From positions 829,165 to 893,164 of the forward strand of contig CAWJBJ010000004.1 of assembly GCA_963841135.1 (NCBI GenBank): 64,000 bases of DNA, in the 5' to 3' direction. This document shows, in pieces, positions 39,928 to 49,424 of this stretch. The notes beneath the pieces are model-generated. The model saw only the letters and a program-made list of their open reading frames with translations. It was not told where the DNA came from and made no database searches. Within the stretch, counting starts at the first letter, position 1, and every line of letters begins with the position of its first letter. The position numbers were made by a program, and so were the translations under genes. This DNA is from an uncultured Chloroflexia bacterium (lineage in GTDB: Bacteria; Chloroflexota; Limnocylindria; Limnocylindrales; CSP1-4).

Positions 39928-40874
39928 CAGGCGGGTCTCTCGCGGCGAACGGCCTTGGGGTCCTTGCCGAGGTCGAGGCCCTTGTACGCAGCCTGACGGA
40001 CGAGGCCGTCGCCGGTCCAGCCCGCGAACTCTGCGCGGATGACGAGTTCCGGCCGAAGCCACAGGGCGTTGCGGGCGACCGGGCGCGGGGGCGGCGTGGC
40101 GAAGGGTGACTCGTCCGCGGCCAGGGACTCCATCGCGGCGAGCAGTTCGTTGCGGACGTCGGTGGTGAAGCCGGCACCGATCTTGCCGGCATACCGGAGC
40201 TCGCCATCCTCGTAGACGCCGACCAGCAGGGCGCCGAGATCGACCGCCTTGCCCGTGCCGCGCGCCCAGCCGCCAACGACGAGCTCCTGCTCGGGACGGA
40301 TCTTGATCTTCTGCCAGGCCATCGAGCGCTTTCCCGGCAGGTACGTCGAGCGGCGGTCTTTGGCCATGATCCCTTCGAGCCCGCGCGATCGAGCCGCCTC
40401 GAAGAAGACAGTCCCGTCGCCGGCGATGTCCTCACTGAGTCGGACCCGAGGGTCGGCGCGCAGGACGTCGCCGAGGAGCCGGCGTCGCTCCTCGAGCGGT
40501 TCGTCGAGGAGCGAGCGACCGTCGAGGAACAGCAGGTCGAACACCTCGTACAGGAACGGGGTCGCGGTCGCACCCGTGCCCCGCCCCTTGATCCTGGCCT
40601 GGAGGAGCGCGAAGTCCGGCTCGCCCCGGTCGTCGAGCGCGATCACCTCGCCATCGACGATGGCCTGCCGCGCGGCGATCCACGTGGGGGGCTCGAGGAA
40701 CGGCCCGAAGTATCGGCCGGCGTCCTGCTGGCCGCGGGTCCACAACCGGACGACGTCGCCCTCGACGACGGCCTCGACGCGGAAGCCGTCCCACTTGATC
40801 TCGAATGACCACTCGGGGTCGTCGAACGCCGCGGCAACGAGCGTCGCGAGCATGGGCGGGACGAACGCCGGCAT
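39927..40874 (-). CDS. ATP-dependent DNA ligase, stand-alone ligase domain (LigC/LigD-LIG-like)
   Basis: MPAFVPPMLATL...EIKWDGFR (motif I KxDG)...LDGEVIALDD...GLEGIMAK... 315 aa. Confidence 0.8.
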   Translation of the reverse strand: MPAFVPPMLATLVAAAFDDPEWSFEIKWDGFRVEAVVEGDVVRLWTRGQQDAGRYFGPFLEPPTWIAARQAIVDGEVIALDDRGEPDFALLQARIKGRGTGATATPFLYEVFDLLFLDGRSLLDEPLEERRRLLGDVLRADPRVRLSEDIAGDGTVFFEAARSRGLEGIMAKDRRSTYLPGKRSMAWQKIKIRPEQELVVGGWARGTGKAVDLGALLVGVYEDGELRYAGKIGAGFTTDVRNELLAAMESLAADESPFATPPPRPVARNALWLRPELVIRAEFAGWTGDGLVRQAAYKGLDLGKDPKAVRRERPA

Positions 40875-40957
40875 CGGGTCCGTTCGCGTGCGGCGCTTCG
40901 GCGCAGACGGGTCCCGCTTAGGCACGTGCGTGGCGATCGTCAGCCCTGCCGGTCCGG

Positions 40958-41540
40958 TCAGGCTCCGGTCAGGCCCGCCTGCCCTACACGGATCGGCGCG
41001 TCGGCGCAGGTGCAGTCGTTCACGGCCGCCTGGTCAGGACGGCTGTGCAGCCACATCGCCACGACCATCGGGACGAACACGGCCAGGTTGTAGAGCAGGT
41101 GCAGCTCGGGACGGGGGACGAACTGCTGGACGATGCTCGTCGGCACCGGGGATCCGAACAGGTTCTGACCCATGATCGCCTGGAGCTGCAGGAGCGAGTG
41201 CTCGAACAGGTGCCAGCCCTGGATGGCCAGGGATGCCGTCCACCATGCCTTGGCCGTCCCCCGGAACCCGGGTCGCAGCAGGACCAGGCCGATGAACATC
41301 AGCACGGCGTACGTGAAGTGCATCACCTCGGACTTGACGAGCCAGGGGAACACGTACCCGAGCGCACCCAGGGCCTCCGGGCGCGGCATCCCGAGGATCC
41401 AGATCTGGGCGGCCTGGAAGAGGTGCTCGACCCAGTGGATGATCACGATGACGAGATAGACCCACAGGGCTCGCTCATGCCAGGGCCCGTTGAGCCTCTC
41501 GATGAAGCCCTGCTTGCCTGCTGTCGTCGTCTGTGCCAAC
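40958..41540 (-). CDS. 4-TM membrane protein with two HxxEH motifs (internal repeat), unknown function
   Basis: TTG start 5 nt after GAGGAGAA. TM2 has IIHWVEHLFQ and TM4 has GWHLFEHSLLQ, a duplicated W/H-x-x-E-H signature. Confidence 0.5.
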
Positions 41541-41567
41541 GCCGTTCTCCTCACTTCGGGGGCCCGC

Positions 41568-42089
41568 TCAGCTCGCCCTAACTGCCGGTCGTCGCCATGC
41601 TCGGGCGGTCCTTCCTGCCGCCCACCATGCGGCACCGGCCGTCAGGAAGATGGAGGCGTAGATCAGCTCCTGCATGGGGAGCATCGAGGTCGGTGGCGGG
41701 GGGACGACCACCGGATCGAGCGCCCACGCCTGGCTGCCGTCGGCGACCGTGACCGCCACCACGTCCCCTTCGGCGACGCCTTCGGTGGTCTCGAGCCCGT
41801 TCGAGGTCGTGGTGGATAGCCGTGTCTCCATCGGCTTCGAGTTCACCGAGACGACGACGTCGGCCGCCGGGGGGGCGGACGCTGCGCCGTCGAACATCAC
41901 GATCAGGTGCGGCGTCATCGCGGCGCCCGCGTCGGGGTAGACCTGCCACAACGAGATGGTGTGCGGACCTGCCCTCAGGTCACGGGCCAGCGGCCGTGCG
42001 TCGTGGTCGCCGTGGGCCAGGACAGGCGTGGCCATCAGGAGGACTGACGCGGCCGCGGCGAGCGCTCCCAGGATCAGTCTCCGTCCCAT
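41568..42089 (-). CDS. secreted/membrane-anchored protein whose mature N-terminus begins with His (HGDHD), possible metal-binding (CopC-like)
   Basis: Signal peptide MGRRLILGALAAAASVLLMATPVLA|HGDHDARP..., a roughly 110-aa beta-like domain, and a C-terminal TM anchor LIYASIFLTAGAAWWAAG. The Arg-rich ORF extension to 42542 is rejected. Confidence 0.45.
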   Translation of the reverse strand: MGRRLILGALAAAASVLLMATPVLAHGDHDARPLARDLRAGPHTISLWQVYPDAGAAMTPHLIVMFDGAASAPPAADVVVSVNSKPMETRLSTTTSNGLETTEGVAEGDVVAVTVADGSQAWALDPVVVPPPPTSMLPMQELIYASIFLTAGAAWWAAGRTARAWRRPAVRAS

Positions 42090-42204
42090 CGTTCGGGAAG
42101 GTAATCGGGCGGCGGCCGCATGACAACCCGTCGATCCCGAGGTCAGACGATTCCGGAGTCCGCGGGGCGGCCTGCCAGATGGGTTGACGAGACTGCTACC
42201 GTAC

Positions 42205-42231
42205 TGTAACCGGTCACATGTAACCGGTTCC
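42205..42231. promoter_or_regulatory. putative LacI-family operators: TGTAACCGGTCACA (12/14 palindrome) followed by ATGTAACCGGTTCC
   Basis: Palindromes centred on CCGG/CG lie about 20 nt upstream of the lacI-family gene start. Confidence 0.5.
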
Positions 42232-42249
42232 AAAGCGGAGCGAGGCCCG

Positions 42250-43284
42250 ATGCCAAAGAAGGCAGTGACGATCCGCGACGTCGCGCGACAGGCCGGAGTG
42301 AGCGTCGCAACGGCCTCCCGTGCCCTCAATGGGAACGTCCTGGTCAAGGCCCAGACCCGCGACCGGATCCTGGCCGTGATGGACGAGCTTGGCTTCATGC
42401 CGAGTCCTGCCGCCAGGCGCCTGAGCCTCGGAAGGACCCTGACCGTTGGCGTAGTGGTGTCGTTCCTGACCCGCCCCCAGGCGGCCGAACGGCTGCGTGG
42501 TGTCGATGCCGTTCTGGGTGACAGCGAATTCGACCTTGTCATCTACAACGTCGAGTCGGTCCAGAAGCGCGATCACTACCTCGGCTCGCTCGCCGGGTCG
42601 CACCGCACCGACGGCCTGATCGTGATGTCGTTGCCACCGCTGGCCGACGCTGCATCGGCGCTCAGTCGATCGCCCGTCCCGGTCGTATTCATCGACGTCC
42701 ACAACCCGTCTGTGTCCTCCATGCCGCGCGTCATCGGCGACGACCTCGTTGGCGGAGCCGTGGCCGCGCGCCATCTCCTGGAGCTCGGGCACAGGGCGAT
42801 CGCCTTTATCGGCGACGCCGTCGCCGATCCGTTCGGGTTCACCTCGAGCCGTGACCGCGAGCGCGGCCTGACCGACGAGCTCGCCAAGGCGGGTATCAGC
42901 ATCCCTCCGGCGTGGACCGGGCACGGTGCACACGGCCGGTACGAGGCCCGCGATCTCGCCTATCGGATGCTGACCAGCGAGCAGCGTCCGACAGCGATCT
43001 TCACCGCCAGCGATACGCAGGCACTCGGCGTGATCGCGGCCGCGCGCGAGCTTGGCCTCCACGTCCCCGACGACCTGTCAGTCATCGGCTACGACGACAT
43101 CGAAGCGGCCGACTACGTCGGTCTCACCACGGTGCGTCAGCAGCTCTTCGAGTCCGGCCGGCGGGGAGCCGAGATCCTGTTGGCCGAGATCGTCAGCCGG
43201 TCGGAGCAGCCACCGATCGCCAGGCTGAACCCAGAGCTGGTGGTCCGCGCGACCACGGCGCCTCCGACGGAGGGCCGTGGATGA
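42250..43284 (+). CDS. LacI family transcriptional regulator
   Basis: MPKKAVTIRDVARQAGVSVATASRALNG (LacI HTH) plus a periplasmic-binding-protein-like sugar-binding domain. Confidence 0.85.
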   Translation: MPKKAVTIRDVARQAGVSVATASRALNGNVLVKAQTRDRILAVMDELGFMPSPAARRLSLGRTLTVGVVVSFLTRPQAAERLRGVDAVLGDSEFDLVIYNVESVQKRDHYLGSLAGSHRTDGLIVMSLPPLADAASALSRSPVPVVFIDVHNPSVSSMPRVIGDDLVGGAVAARHLLELGHRAIAFIGDAVADPFGFTSSRDRERGLTDELAKAGISIPPAWTGHGAHGRYEARDLAYRMLTSEQRPTAIFTASDTQALGVIAAARELGLHVPDDLSVIGYDDIEAADYVGLTTVRQQLFESGRRGAEILLAEIVSRSEQPPIARLNPELVVRATTAPPTEGRG

Positions 43285-43337
43285 GGGCGGCGGACACGAT
43301 CCGTACTCGTCAGCAGTGGCACAAGAGGAGGAAGTCC

Positions 43338-44759
43338 ATGGCCAGTACCAGTTTCGTCCAGAGCCGCACGGCGGCGATGGCCGCCCGCCTGGCAGTAGCG
43401 ATTCTCTTGGCAAGCATCGTCGCGGCCTGCGCTTCTCCCGGCGCGGTGACGTCGTCCCCGTCGGCGGCCGCAACCGCGACGGCCGTGGCACCGTCCGCGA
43501 CCGCTGCCGCTCCGTCGGCAAGCGTCGCGACGACGCCGGACTGCGGGACAGACCCGGTCGTCCTGAACGCCTACTTCGAGACCGGGTTCGACATCCCGTT
43601 CAAGCTGTCCGAGGAGTTCACCAAGCAGTTCCCGAATGTGACCTGGGACATCAAGCAGGACCAGTTCACGAACCTGATGACGGCCACGCCCCGCCTGCTC
43701 TCGGGCGACGATCCACCGGACCTGATCCGGCTGCCGTCGATGGTCTCCCTGGTCAAGGACGGGCTGCTCAAGAACCTGGACGAATACGCGACCGCGTTCG
43801 GCTGGGACAAGTGGTCGGCAGCGCAGCTGGCCCAGAACCGCGTCGCCGCGGACGGCACGCGAGGATCCGGATCCCTCTACGCGATGGGTCTCAACTACAG
43901 CATGACCGGTGTCTTCTACAACAAGGACCTGGCTACCCAGATCGGGATGACCCAGCCACCGACAACGGTCGCCGAGTTCGAGGGACTTCTCGCGAAGGCC
44001 AAGGACGCCGGGCTCCAGCCGATCATGCAGTGGAACGCGACGGCCAGCGGCGGCGGGCTCGCCTTCCCCCTCCAGAACCTGATGGCCGCCTACGGCCCCA
44101 CTGAGCCCATCAACGATTGGATCTTCCAGAAGCCCGACGCCACCATCGACACGCCAGCGAACCTGACCGCGGCAGAACACCTTCAGCAGTGGGTCGAGGC
44201 CGGCTACTTTCCGAAGGACGCGAACGCGATCGAGTACACCGACGCCAACGCCAGATTCGGCAAGGGTGAGGGTGTCTTCATGTTCAACGGCGACTGGCAG
44301 AACGCCACCTACGACACGGATCTGCCCGGCAAGGTCGGCTTCTTTGTCTTCCCGTCAGCCGAGACGGGCGGCAAACTCGCAGCCATGTCGGCACCGCTCA
44401 CCTATGGGATCGCGACCAATGCGAAGAACGCTGACTGCGGGGCCTTCTTCTTCAACTGGGTCGCAAGCAATGAGACCGCGCGCCAGATCAACGTGGACAT
44501 CGGCGGGTCGAATCCAGGTGGGCCGACCGACCTGCCCGTCCCGTCGGCTGCCGCGGGATCGGTGACCCAGGAGACCCTGGCTGCCGGCAACGAGGTCGCC
44601 AAGGACGACGGCGGGATGGACTTCATCGCCAACGCGACGGGTTCCATCTTCGCCCAAGGTTGGACCCCCGAGCTCCAGAAGCTCATCGGGGCCAAGACCG
44701 ACGCGGCCGGCATCCTCAAGGCCGTCCAGGCCGAGTACACGAAGGAACTGAACCGTTGA
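43338..44759 (+). CDS. ABC transporter extracellular solute-binding lipoprotein (carbohydrate, family 1)
   Basis: GAGGAGGAAG Shine-Dalgarno. Signal peptide and lipobox LASIVAACAS. 473 aa, SBP_bac_1-like. Confidence 0.85.
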   Translation: MASTSFVQSRTAAMAARLAVAILLASIVAACASPGAVTSSPSAAATATAVAPSATAAAPSASVATTPDCGTDPVVLNAYFETGFDIPFKLSEEFTKQFPNVTWDIKQDQFTNLMTATPRLLSGDDPPDLIRLPSMVSLVKDGLLKNLDEYATAFGWDKWSAAQLAQNRVAADGTRGSGSLYAMGLNYSMTGVFYNKDLATQIGMTQPPTTVAEFEGLLAKAKDAGLQPIMQWNATASGGGLAFPLQNLMAAYGPTEPINDWIFQKPDATIDTPANLTAAEHLQQWVEAGYFPKDANAIEYTDANARFGKGEGVFMFNGDWQNATYDTDLPGKVGFFVFPSAETGGKLAAMSAPLTYGIATNAKNADCGAFFFNWVASNETARQINVDIGGSNPGGPTDLPVPSAAAGSVTQETLAAGNEVAKDDGGMDFIANATGSIFAQGWTPELQKLIGAKTDAAGILKAVQAEYTKELNR

Positions 44760-44790
44760 CCCAGGTGCCGACGAAGCCAGCCGAGGGCCG

Positions 44791-45730
44791 GTGATCGCGA
44801 GATCGTCGGCCCCGGTTGCTCGTCGGCGGCTCGCCGGGCGGGTCCCCTGGAAACGGGGGATCCGCCGGCAGACCATGGTCGGGTGGCTGTTCGTGGTCCC
44901 CGCCCTCGCGATGTACGTCGCTGTTCGTCATCCAGCCGCTCGCCCTGACGGTCCAGTACTCGCTGTATCGCTGGGACGGAGTCGGCCCGGCCACCTGGGT
45001 CGGGCTCTCCAACTACGCGACCGTGCTGAGCGAGCCGCGCCTCGTTGAGACGCTGTTCAACGCCTTCCGGCTCGTGCTGTTCTTCAGCCTCATCCCGGTC
45101 GGGCTGGGACTCGTCACTGCGAGCGTCATCCAGCGGGTTGCAACGGGTCGTCTCGGCACGATCTCGCGGACTGTCCTGTTTCTGCCACAGGTCATTCCGC
45201 TGGTCGCCGCGGGCATCATCTGGGGCCGGCTGCTCTCACTCTCCGGGCTCATCAACCAGGGTTTCACGGCCGTCGGCCTGGGAGACGTGACCCGCGCTTG
45301 GCTCGGTGACTTCGACACAGCGCTTCCTGCCGTCGGGATCATCGGCATCTGGGTGCTGCTGGGCTTCTGCACGGTCCTACTGCTGACGGGCATGACGAAG
45401 ATCGAGACAGCGCTCTACGAATCCGCCCGACTCGACGGCGCGGGCTGGTTCCAGGAGTTCAGAGCCATCACCGTGCCCAGTCTTCGGTACGAGATCGGCG
45501 TGTGCCTCACGGTCACCGTCATCGCCGCGCTCGCCGCGTTCGACATCGTTTACGTGTCGACCGGAGGTGGTCCTGGCGGCGCCACTGCCGTTCCCGGGAT
45601 CCAGATCTACATCCTCGCCTTCCTCGAGCGACAAGTCGGCATCGCGTCCGCCCTCGCCGTCGTCCTTGTGGTGCTGGTCCTGCTCGTCATCCTGCCGATC
45701 CAGCGGTTGACCCGGGAGCGCGCGTCATGA
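44791..45730 (+). CDS. carbohydrate ABC transporter permease (MalF/UgpA-like), apparent 1-nt frameshift near 44925
   Basis: The N-terminus ...KRGIRRQTMVGWLFVVPALAMYVA is in one frame. The remainder LFVIQPLALTVQYSLYRWDG...EAA-loop...QRLTRERAS is in the next frame. Confidence 0.7.
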
Positions 45731-46551
45731 GGGTGGCTCGAACAGAGCTCTATGCAGGGCGCGCCCTGCTCTTCGGCTTGGTCACGATCACGATCCTGCC
45801 CTTCCTGAGCATCTTCACGGCGGCGCTCCACCCGTCGGGATCGGTTCCGAGCGGGCTCTCATGGCCAGCCGACCCTCAATGGGGCAACTTCGTGGACGCC
45901 TTCAAGGTGGCCAACATGAGCGCCCTTCTGGCCTCGAGTGTCTTCATCGTGCTGGCCGTCGTCCCTGTGTCCCTGGTCATCTCCACGATGGCTGGGTTCT
46001 CGATCGGGTTGCTGCGCATCCCGGGCGCTAGATTCCTGCTCATCTTCTTCATCTTCGGGCTGACCCTGCCGTTCGAGGGCATCATCACGCCGCTGTACTT
46101 CCTCGCCCGTCAGATGGGGATCCTCAACACCCGGCTTGCGATCGTGCTGCCGCTCATCGGCCTCTTCATGCCATTCGCCGTGTTCTGGATGCGCGCTCAC
46201 TTCGTGAACATGCCGAGCGAGATCTCGGAGGCGGCCAAGGTCGATGGGGCCAGCACGTGGGATCTGTTCTGGCGCATCCACGTGCCGCTCGCCCGGGCAC
46301 CGATCGCGTCGCTGGGGATCCTCATGTCCGTCTGGGCCTGGAACCAGTTCCTGCTTGCCTTGGTGCTTGTCGAGGACCCGACCCAGCGAACCATGGCGGG
46401 CGCCCTCGGCGCGTTCCAGGGGCACTACGCGACCGACATCCCGCTCCTCTGCGCGGGGACGATCCTCATCCTGCTGCCGACACTCGTGGTCTTCATCCTC
46501 TTCCAGCGACAGGTCATCGCGGCGCTCCTCCAGGGTTCGGTCAAGGGATGA
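45727..46551 (+). CDS. carbohydrate ABC transporter permease (MalG/UgpE-like)
   Basis: The ATG overlaps the previous stop (ATGA). EAA motif region EAAKVDGASTWDLFWRIHVPLARAP. Confidence 0.85.
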   Translation: MRVARTELYAGRALLFGLVTITILPFLSIFTAALHPSGSVPSGLSWPADPQWGNFVDAFKVANMSALLASSVFIVLAVVPVSLVISTMAGFSIGLLRIPGARFLLIFFIFGLTLPFEGIITPLYFLARQMGILNTRLAIVLPLIGLFMPFAVFWMRAHFVNMPSEISEAAKVDGASTWDLFWRIHVPLARAPIASLGILMSVWAWNQFLLALVLVEDPTQRTMAGALGAFQGHYATDIPLLCAGTILILLPTLVVFILFQRQVIAALLQGSVKG

Positions 46552-46622
46552 CGTCGGCGCACGTGCCCTGGCCGAGTGGCCCGACGACCGTCGTCGGCGC
46601 CTAGGCGACTCAAGGGAACGGC

Positions 46623-48086
46623 ATGCGACCCAGCGGGATCTCGCCTCGACCGCAGCTGCTCACCTACCCGGATTCGCTCGGCGGCGGCCTGCCGCAGTTG
46701 TCAGCCCTGCTCTCGGGGCCATTGGCGGACCTCTTCGGCGGGGTCCACGTCCTTCCGCCCTTCCCGTCTTCGGGCGATCGCGGCTTTGCGCCGATGACGT
46801 ACTACGAGATCGATCCCCGCTTCGGGACCTGGGAGGACATCCAGCGGCTGGGGGAGGAGCACGATGTGGTGCTCGATCTGATGATCAACCACATCTCGCG
46901 CCAGAGCCCCGAATTCCGCGACTTCGAGCAGCTCGGTCGGAGATCGGCCCATGCGGACCTGTTCATCACCCTCGACAAGGTCTGGCCCGGGGGAGATCCG
47001 CCACCCACAGACATGGATCGGATCGTCCTTCGCAAGCCCAACTCGCCGTTCTCGACGATCACGATCCTCGGGACTGGTGAGCAGGAGCGGGTGTGGACAT
47101 CGTTCGGGAGTGCAGACTGGTCCGAGCAGGTCGACCTCGACGTCACCTCCGACGCGACCCGGGCCCTGATCCGGAAGTGGCTCCGGTTCCTAGCCTCGCA
47201 ACGTGTGCGCATCGTTCGGCTCGACGCGATCCCGTATGTCATCAAGAAGCCAGGCACGAGCTGCTTCATGGTGGAACCCGAGATCTACGAATTCATGGCC
47301 TGGATGGCCGAGGAGGCTGCGTCCTGCGGGCTGACCGTCCTACCCGAGGTGCACGACACGTACGCCACCCACCGACGTATCTCGGACCATGGCCTGTGGA
47401 CGTACGACTTCGTGCTCCCCGGACTGGTCCTCCACGCGTTCGAGACGGGCGACGCGCGACGACTCGCGCAGCACGTGACCGGCATGCCGGATCGGGTCTT
47501 CACGACCCTGGACTGCCATGATGGGATTCCCATCCGCCCGGATCTCGACGGGATCCTGGCGCCGAGCGAGATGCTCGCGATCGCCACGCGTGTCGAGCAG
47601 TGGGGCGGGAACGTCAGCCGCATCCTCTCGCCGACCCACGCTGCCGACCTCGACGTCCACCAGCTGAACTGCACCTACTATTCGGCTCTTGGCGGAAACG
47701 ACGATCGCTACCTCGCCGCCCGGGCCATCCAGTTGTTCGCGCGGGGCGTGCCGCAGATCTACTACGTCGGTCTGCTGGCCGGCACGAACGATCGGTTGGC
47801 GATGGAGCGGACCGGCGAGGGCCGGGCGATCAACCGACACGATTTCACGCTCACCGAGATCGGGGACGCCCTCGACCGCCCTGTCGTGCAGCGGCTCCTC
47901 GACCTGATCCGGCTGCGCAACACCCATCCGGCATTCGATGGGACGTTCGAGGTCGCGCTGGTCGGCGACACCGTCCTGCGTCTCTCCTGGCGGCTCGGGT
48001 CCTCGACGTGCTCGCTCGAGGTCGACGTGTCGAGTGGCCGCGTCACGGTGGACGACAGCCTGGCCAGGTCGCCGGAGCACGCCTGA
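46623..48086 (+). CDS. GH13_18 sucrose-phosphorylase-family enzyme (sucrose, sucrose-6F-P or glucosylglycerate phosphorylase)
   Basis: LPPFPSSGDRGFAPMTYYEIDPRFGTWEDI..., IVRLDAIPYVIKKPGTSCFMVEPEIYEFMAWM (catalytic Asp region, compare RLDAVGYxWKxxGTSC), LDCHDGIPI. Confidence 0.8.
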   Translation: MRPSGISPRPQLLTYPDSLGGGLPQLSALLSGPLADLFGGVHVLPPFPSSGDRGFAPMTYYEIDPRFGTWEDIQRLGEEHDVVLDLMINHISRQSPEFRDFEQLGRRSAHADLFITLDKVWPGGDPPPTDMDRIVLRKPNSPFSTITILGTGEQERVWTSFGSADWSEQVDLDVTSDATRALIRKWLRFLASQRVRIVRLDAIPYVIKKPGTSCFMVEPEIYEFMAWMAEEAASCGLTVLPEVHDTYATHRRISDHGLWTYDFVLPGLVLHAFETGDARRLAQHVTGMPDRVFTTLDCHDGIPIRPDLDGILAPSEMLAIATRVEQWGGNVSRILSPTHAADLDVHQLNCTYYSALGGNDDRYLAARAIQLFARGVPQIYYVGLLAGTNDRLAMERTGEGRAINRHDFTLTEIGDALDRPVVQRLLDLIRLRNTHPAFDGTFEVALVGDTVLRLSWRLGSSTCSLEVDVSSGRVTVDDSLARSPEHA

Positions 48087-48102
48087 TAGACTTCGCGCCG
48101 CG

Positions 48103-48178
48103 GGCGGGAGTAGCTCAGTTGGCAGAGCGGCAGCCTTCCAAGCTGCATGTCGCGAGTTCGAACCTCGTCTCCCGCTCC
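48103..48178 (+). tRNA. tRNA-Gly (anticodon TCC)
   Basis: Cloverleaf by eye: acceptor GCGGGAG/CTCCCGC, D-arm GCTC-AGTTGGCA-GAGC, anticodon stem GCAGC/GCTGC with loop CTTCCAA, T-arm with TTCGAAC loop, and an encoded CCA. Confidence 0.8.
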
Positions 48179-48197
48179 ACTCACTCCTTCCTCACGC

Positions 48198-48524
48198 TCA
48201 GCGAGACCAACCTGTCTTCGATCTGAGTCGGATGGGGACCGTCTCCGTCAGCACTCGGGACCGGATCATCGGCTCGGTCGTCATCCGGTACGCCTTGAAG
48301 TGCGGCGACTGCACGTGCGCCTCGTAGGCCGCTTCACTCGCGTAGATCTCGAAGAACCGCAGATGGGATGCAGCGTCCTTGTCGGCGACGGCAAAGAGCG
48401 CCAGCACGCCGGGCTCGACCCGCACGGACTCGTCCATCTCCTCCGTGACCGCTGAAATGAACGCATCGCGCTGCGCGGGGTCGACTTCGATCTCGGCTAC
48501 GCGTACGAAGGGCGTCTCGCTCAT
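48198..48524 (-). CDS. antibiotic biosynthesis monooxygenase (ABM) family protein
   Basis: 108 aa. The ferredoxin-like ABM pattern (FVRVAEIEVDPAQRDAFISAV...HLRFFEIYASEAAYEAHVQSPHFKAY). Confidence 0.7.
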   Translation of the reverse strand: MSETPFVRVAEIEVDPAQRDAFISAVTEEMDESVRVEPGVLALFAVADKDAASHLRFFEIYASEAAYEAHVQSPHFKAYRMTTEPMIRSRVLTETVPIRLRSKTGWSR

Positions 48525-48647
48525 CGACCGAGTCTAGTGAACGGTCGATGAGCGGATATGGTGGGCATGTGGGGTATCGTTCAGCGGGCATGCCCTCCAT
48601 CTCCACCTGATCGCGCCGAGGCGTCGGCCGTCCCACGGGAGCCCCTC

Positions 48648-49424
48648 ATGACGACCGGTACGCTCGCTGGCCAGGCCGCGATCGTGACCGGCGGCGCGCG
48701 CGGGATCGGCCGGGCGATCGCGACGCGCTTCGCGCGGGACGGCGCGGACATCCTGATCGCGGACCTCGACGAGGCGACCGGGGAGGCGACGGCAGCCGCG
48801 GTCGGCGAGGCGGCGACCGGTGCCGTGGCCTTCGTCCGCGCCGACTGCGCCGATCGCCACGACCTCGAGCGGGTCGTCGACCAGGCGGTCGAGACGTTCG
48901 GACGGCTCGACATCTTCATGGCCAACGCCGGGATCAGCCGGCCGACGCCGTTCCTCGACACGACCGATGAGCTGTGGGACCAGATCCTGGACGTCAACCT
49001 CCGCGGCGCCTTCATCGGCGTCCAGAGCGCCGCCCGCGCGATGCAGGCGGCGGGGAGCGGGCGGATCGTCGTGACCGCCTCCACCAACGCGTTCTGGATG
49101 GAGACGGACCTCGCGGCCTACAACGCCTCCAAGGCCGGGCTGGTGGCGATGGTGCGGACCGCCGCCATGGAGCTCGCGCCGCACGGGATCACCGTGAACG
49201 CCGTCGGTCCGGGGCTGATCGCCACGGACCTGACACGCGAGGTGACCGAGGACGCCGACAACGCCCGCACGTACCTGCGTCAGATCCCGATGGGTCGCTT
49301 CGGGTCGCCCGACGACGTCGCCGGGGCCGTCGCGTTCCTCGCCTCACCCGACGCGTCCTGGATCACCGGCCATCTGCTGGTCGTCGATGGCGGCCAGACC
49401 CTCGGCACGCCGTTCCCCGCATGA
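48648..49424 (+). CDS. SDR family oxidoreductase (3-oxoacyl-ACP reductase-like)
   Basis: AIVTGGARGIGRAIA, NAG, and catalytic YNASKAG. Confidence 0.85.
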   Translation: MTTGTLAGQAAIVTGGARGIGRAIATRFARDGADILIADLDEATGEATAAAVGEAATGAVAFVRADCADRHDLERVVDQAVETFGRLDIFMANAGISRPTPFLDTTDELWDQILDVNLRGAFIGVQSAARAMQAAGSGRIVVTASTNAFWMETDLAAYNASKAGLVAMVRTAAMELAPHGITVNAVGPGLIATDLTREVTEDADNARTYLRQIPMGRFGSPDDVAGAVAFLASPDASWITGHLLVVDGGQTLGTPFPA

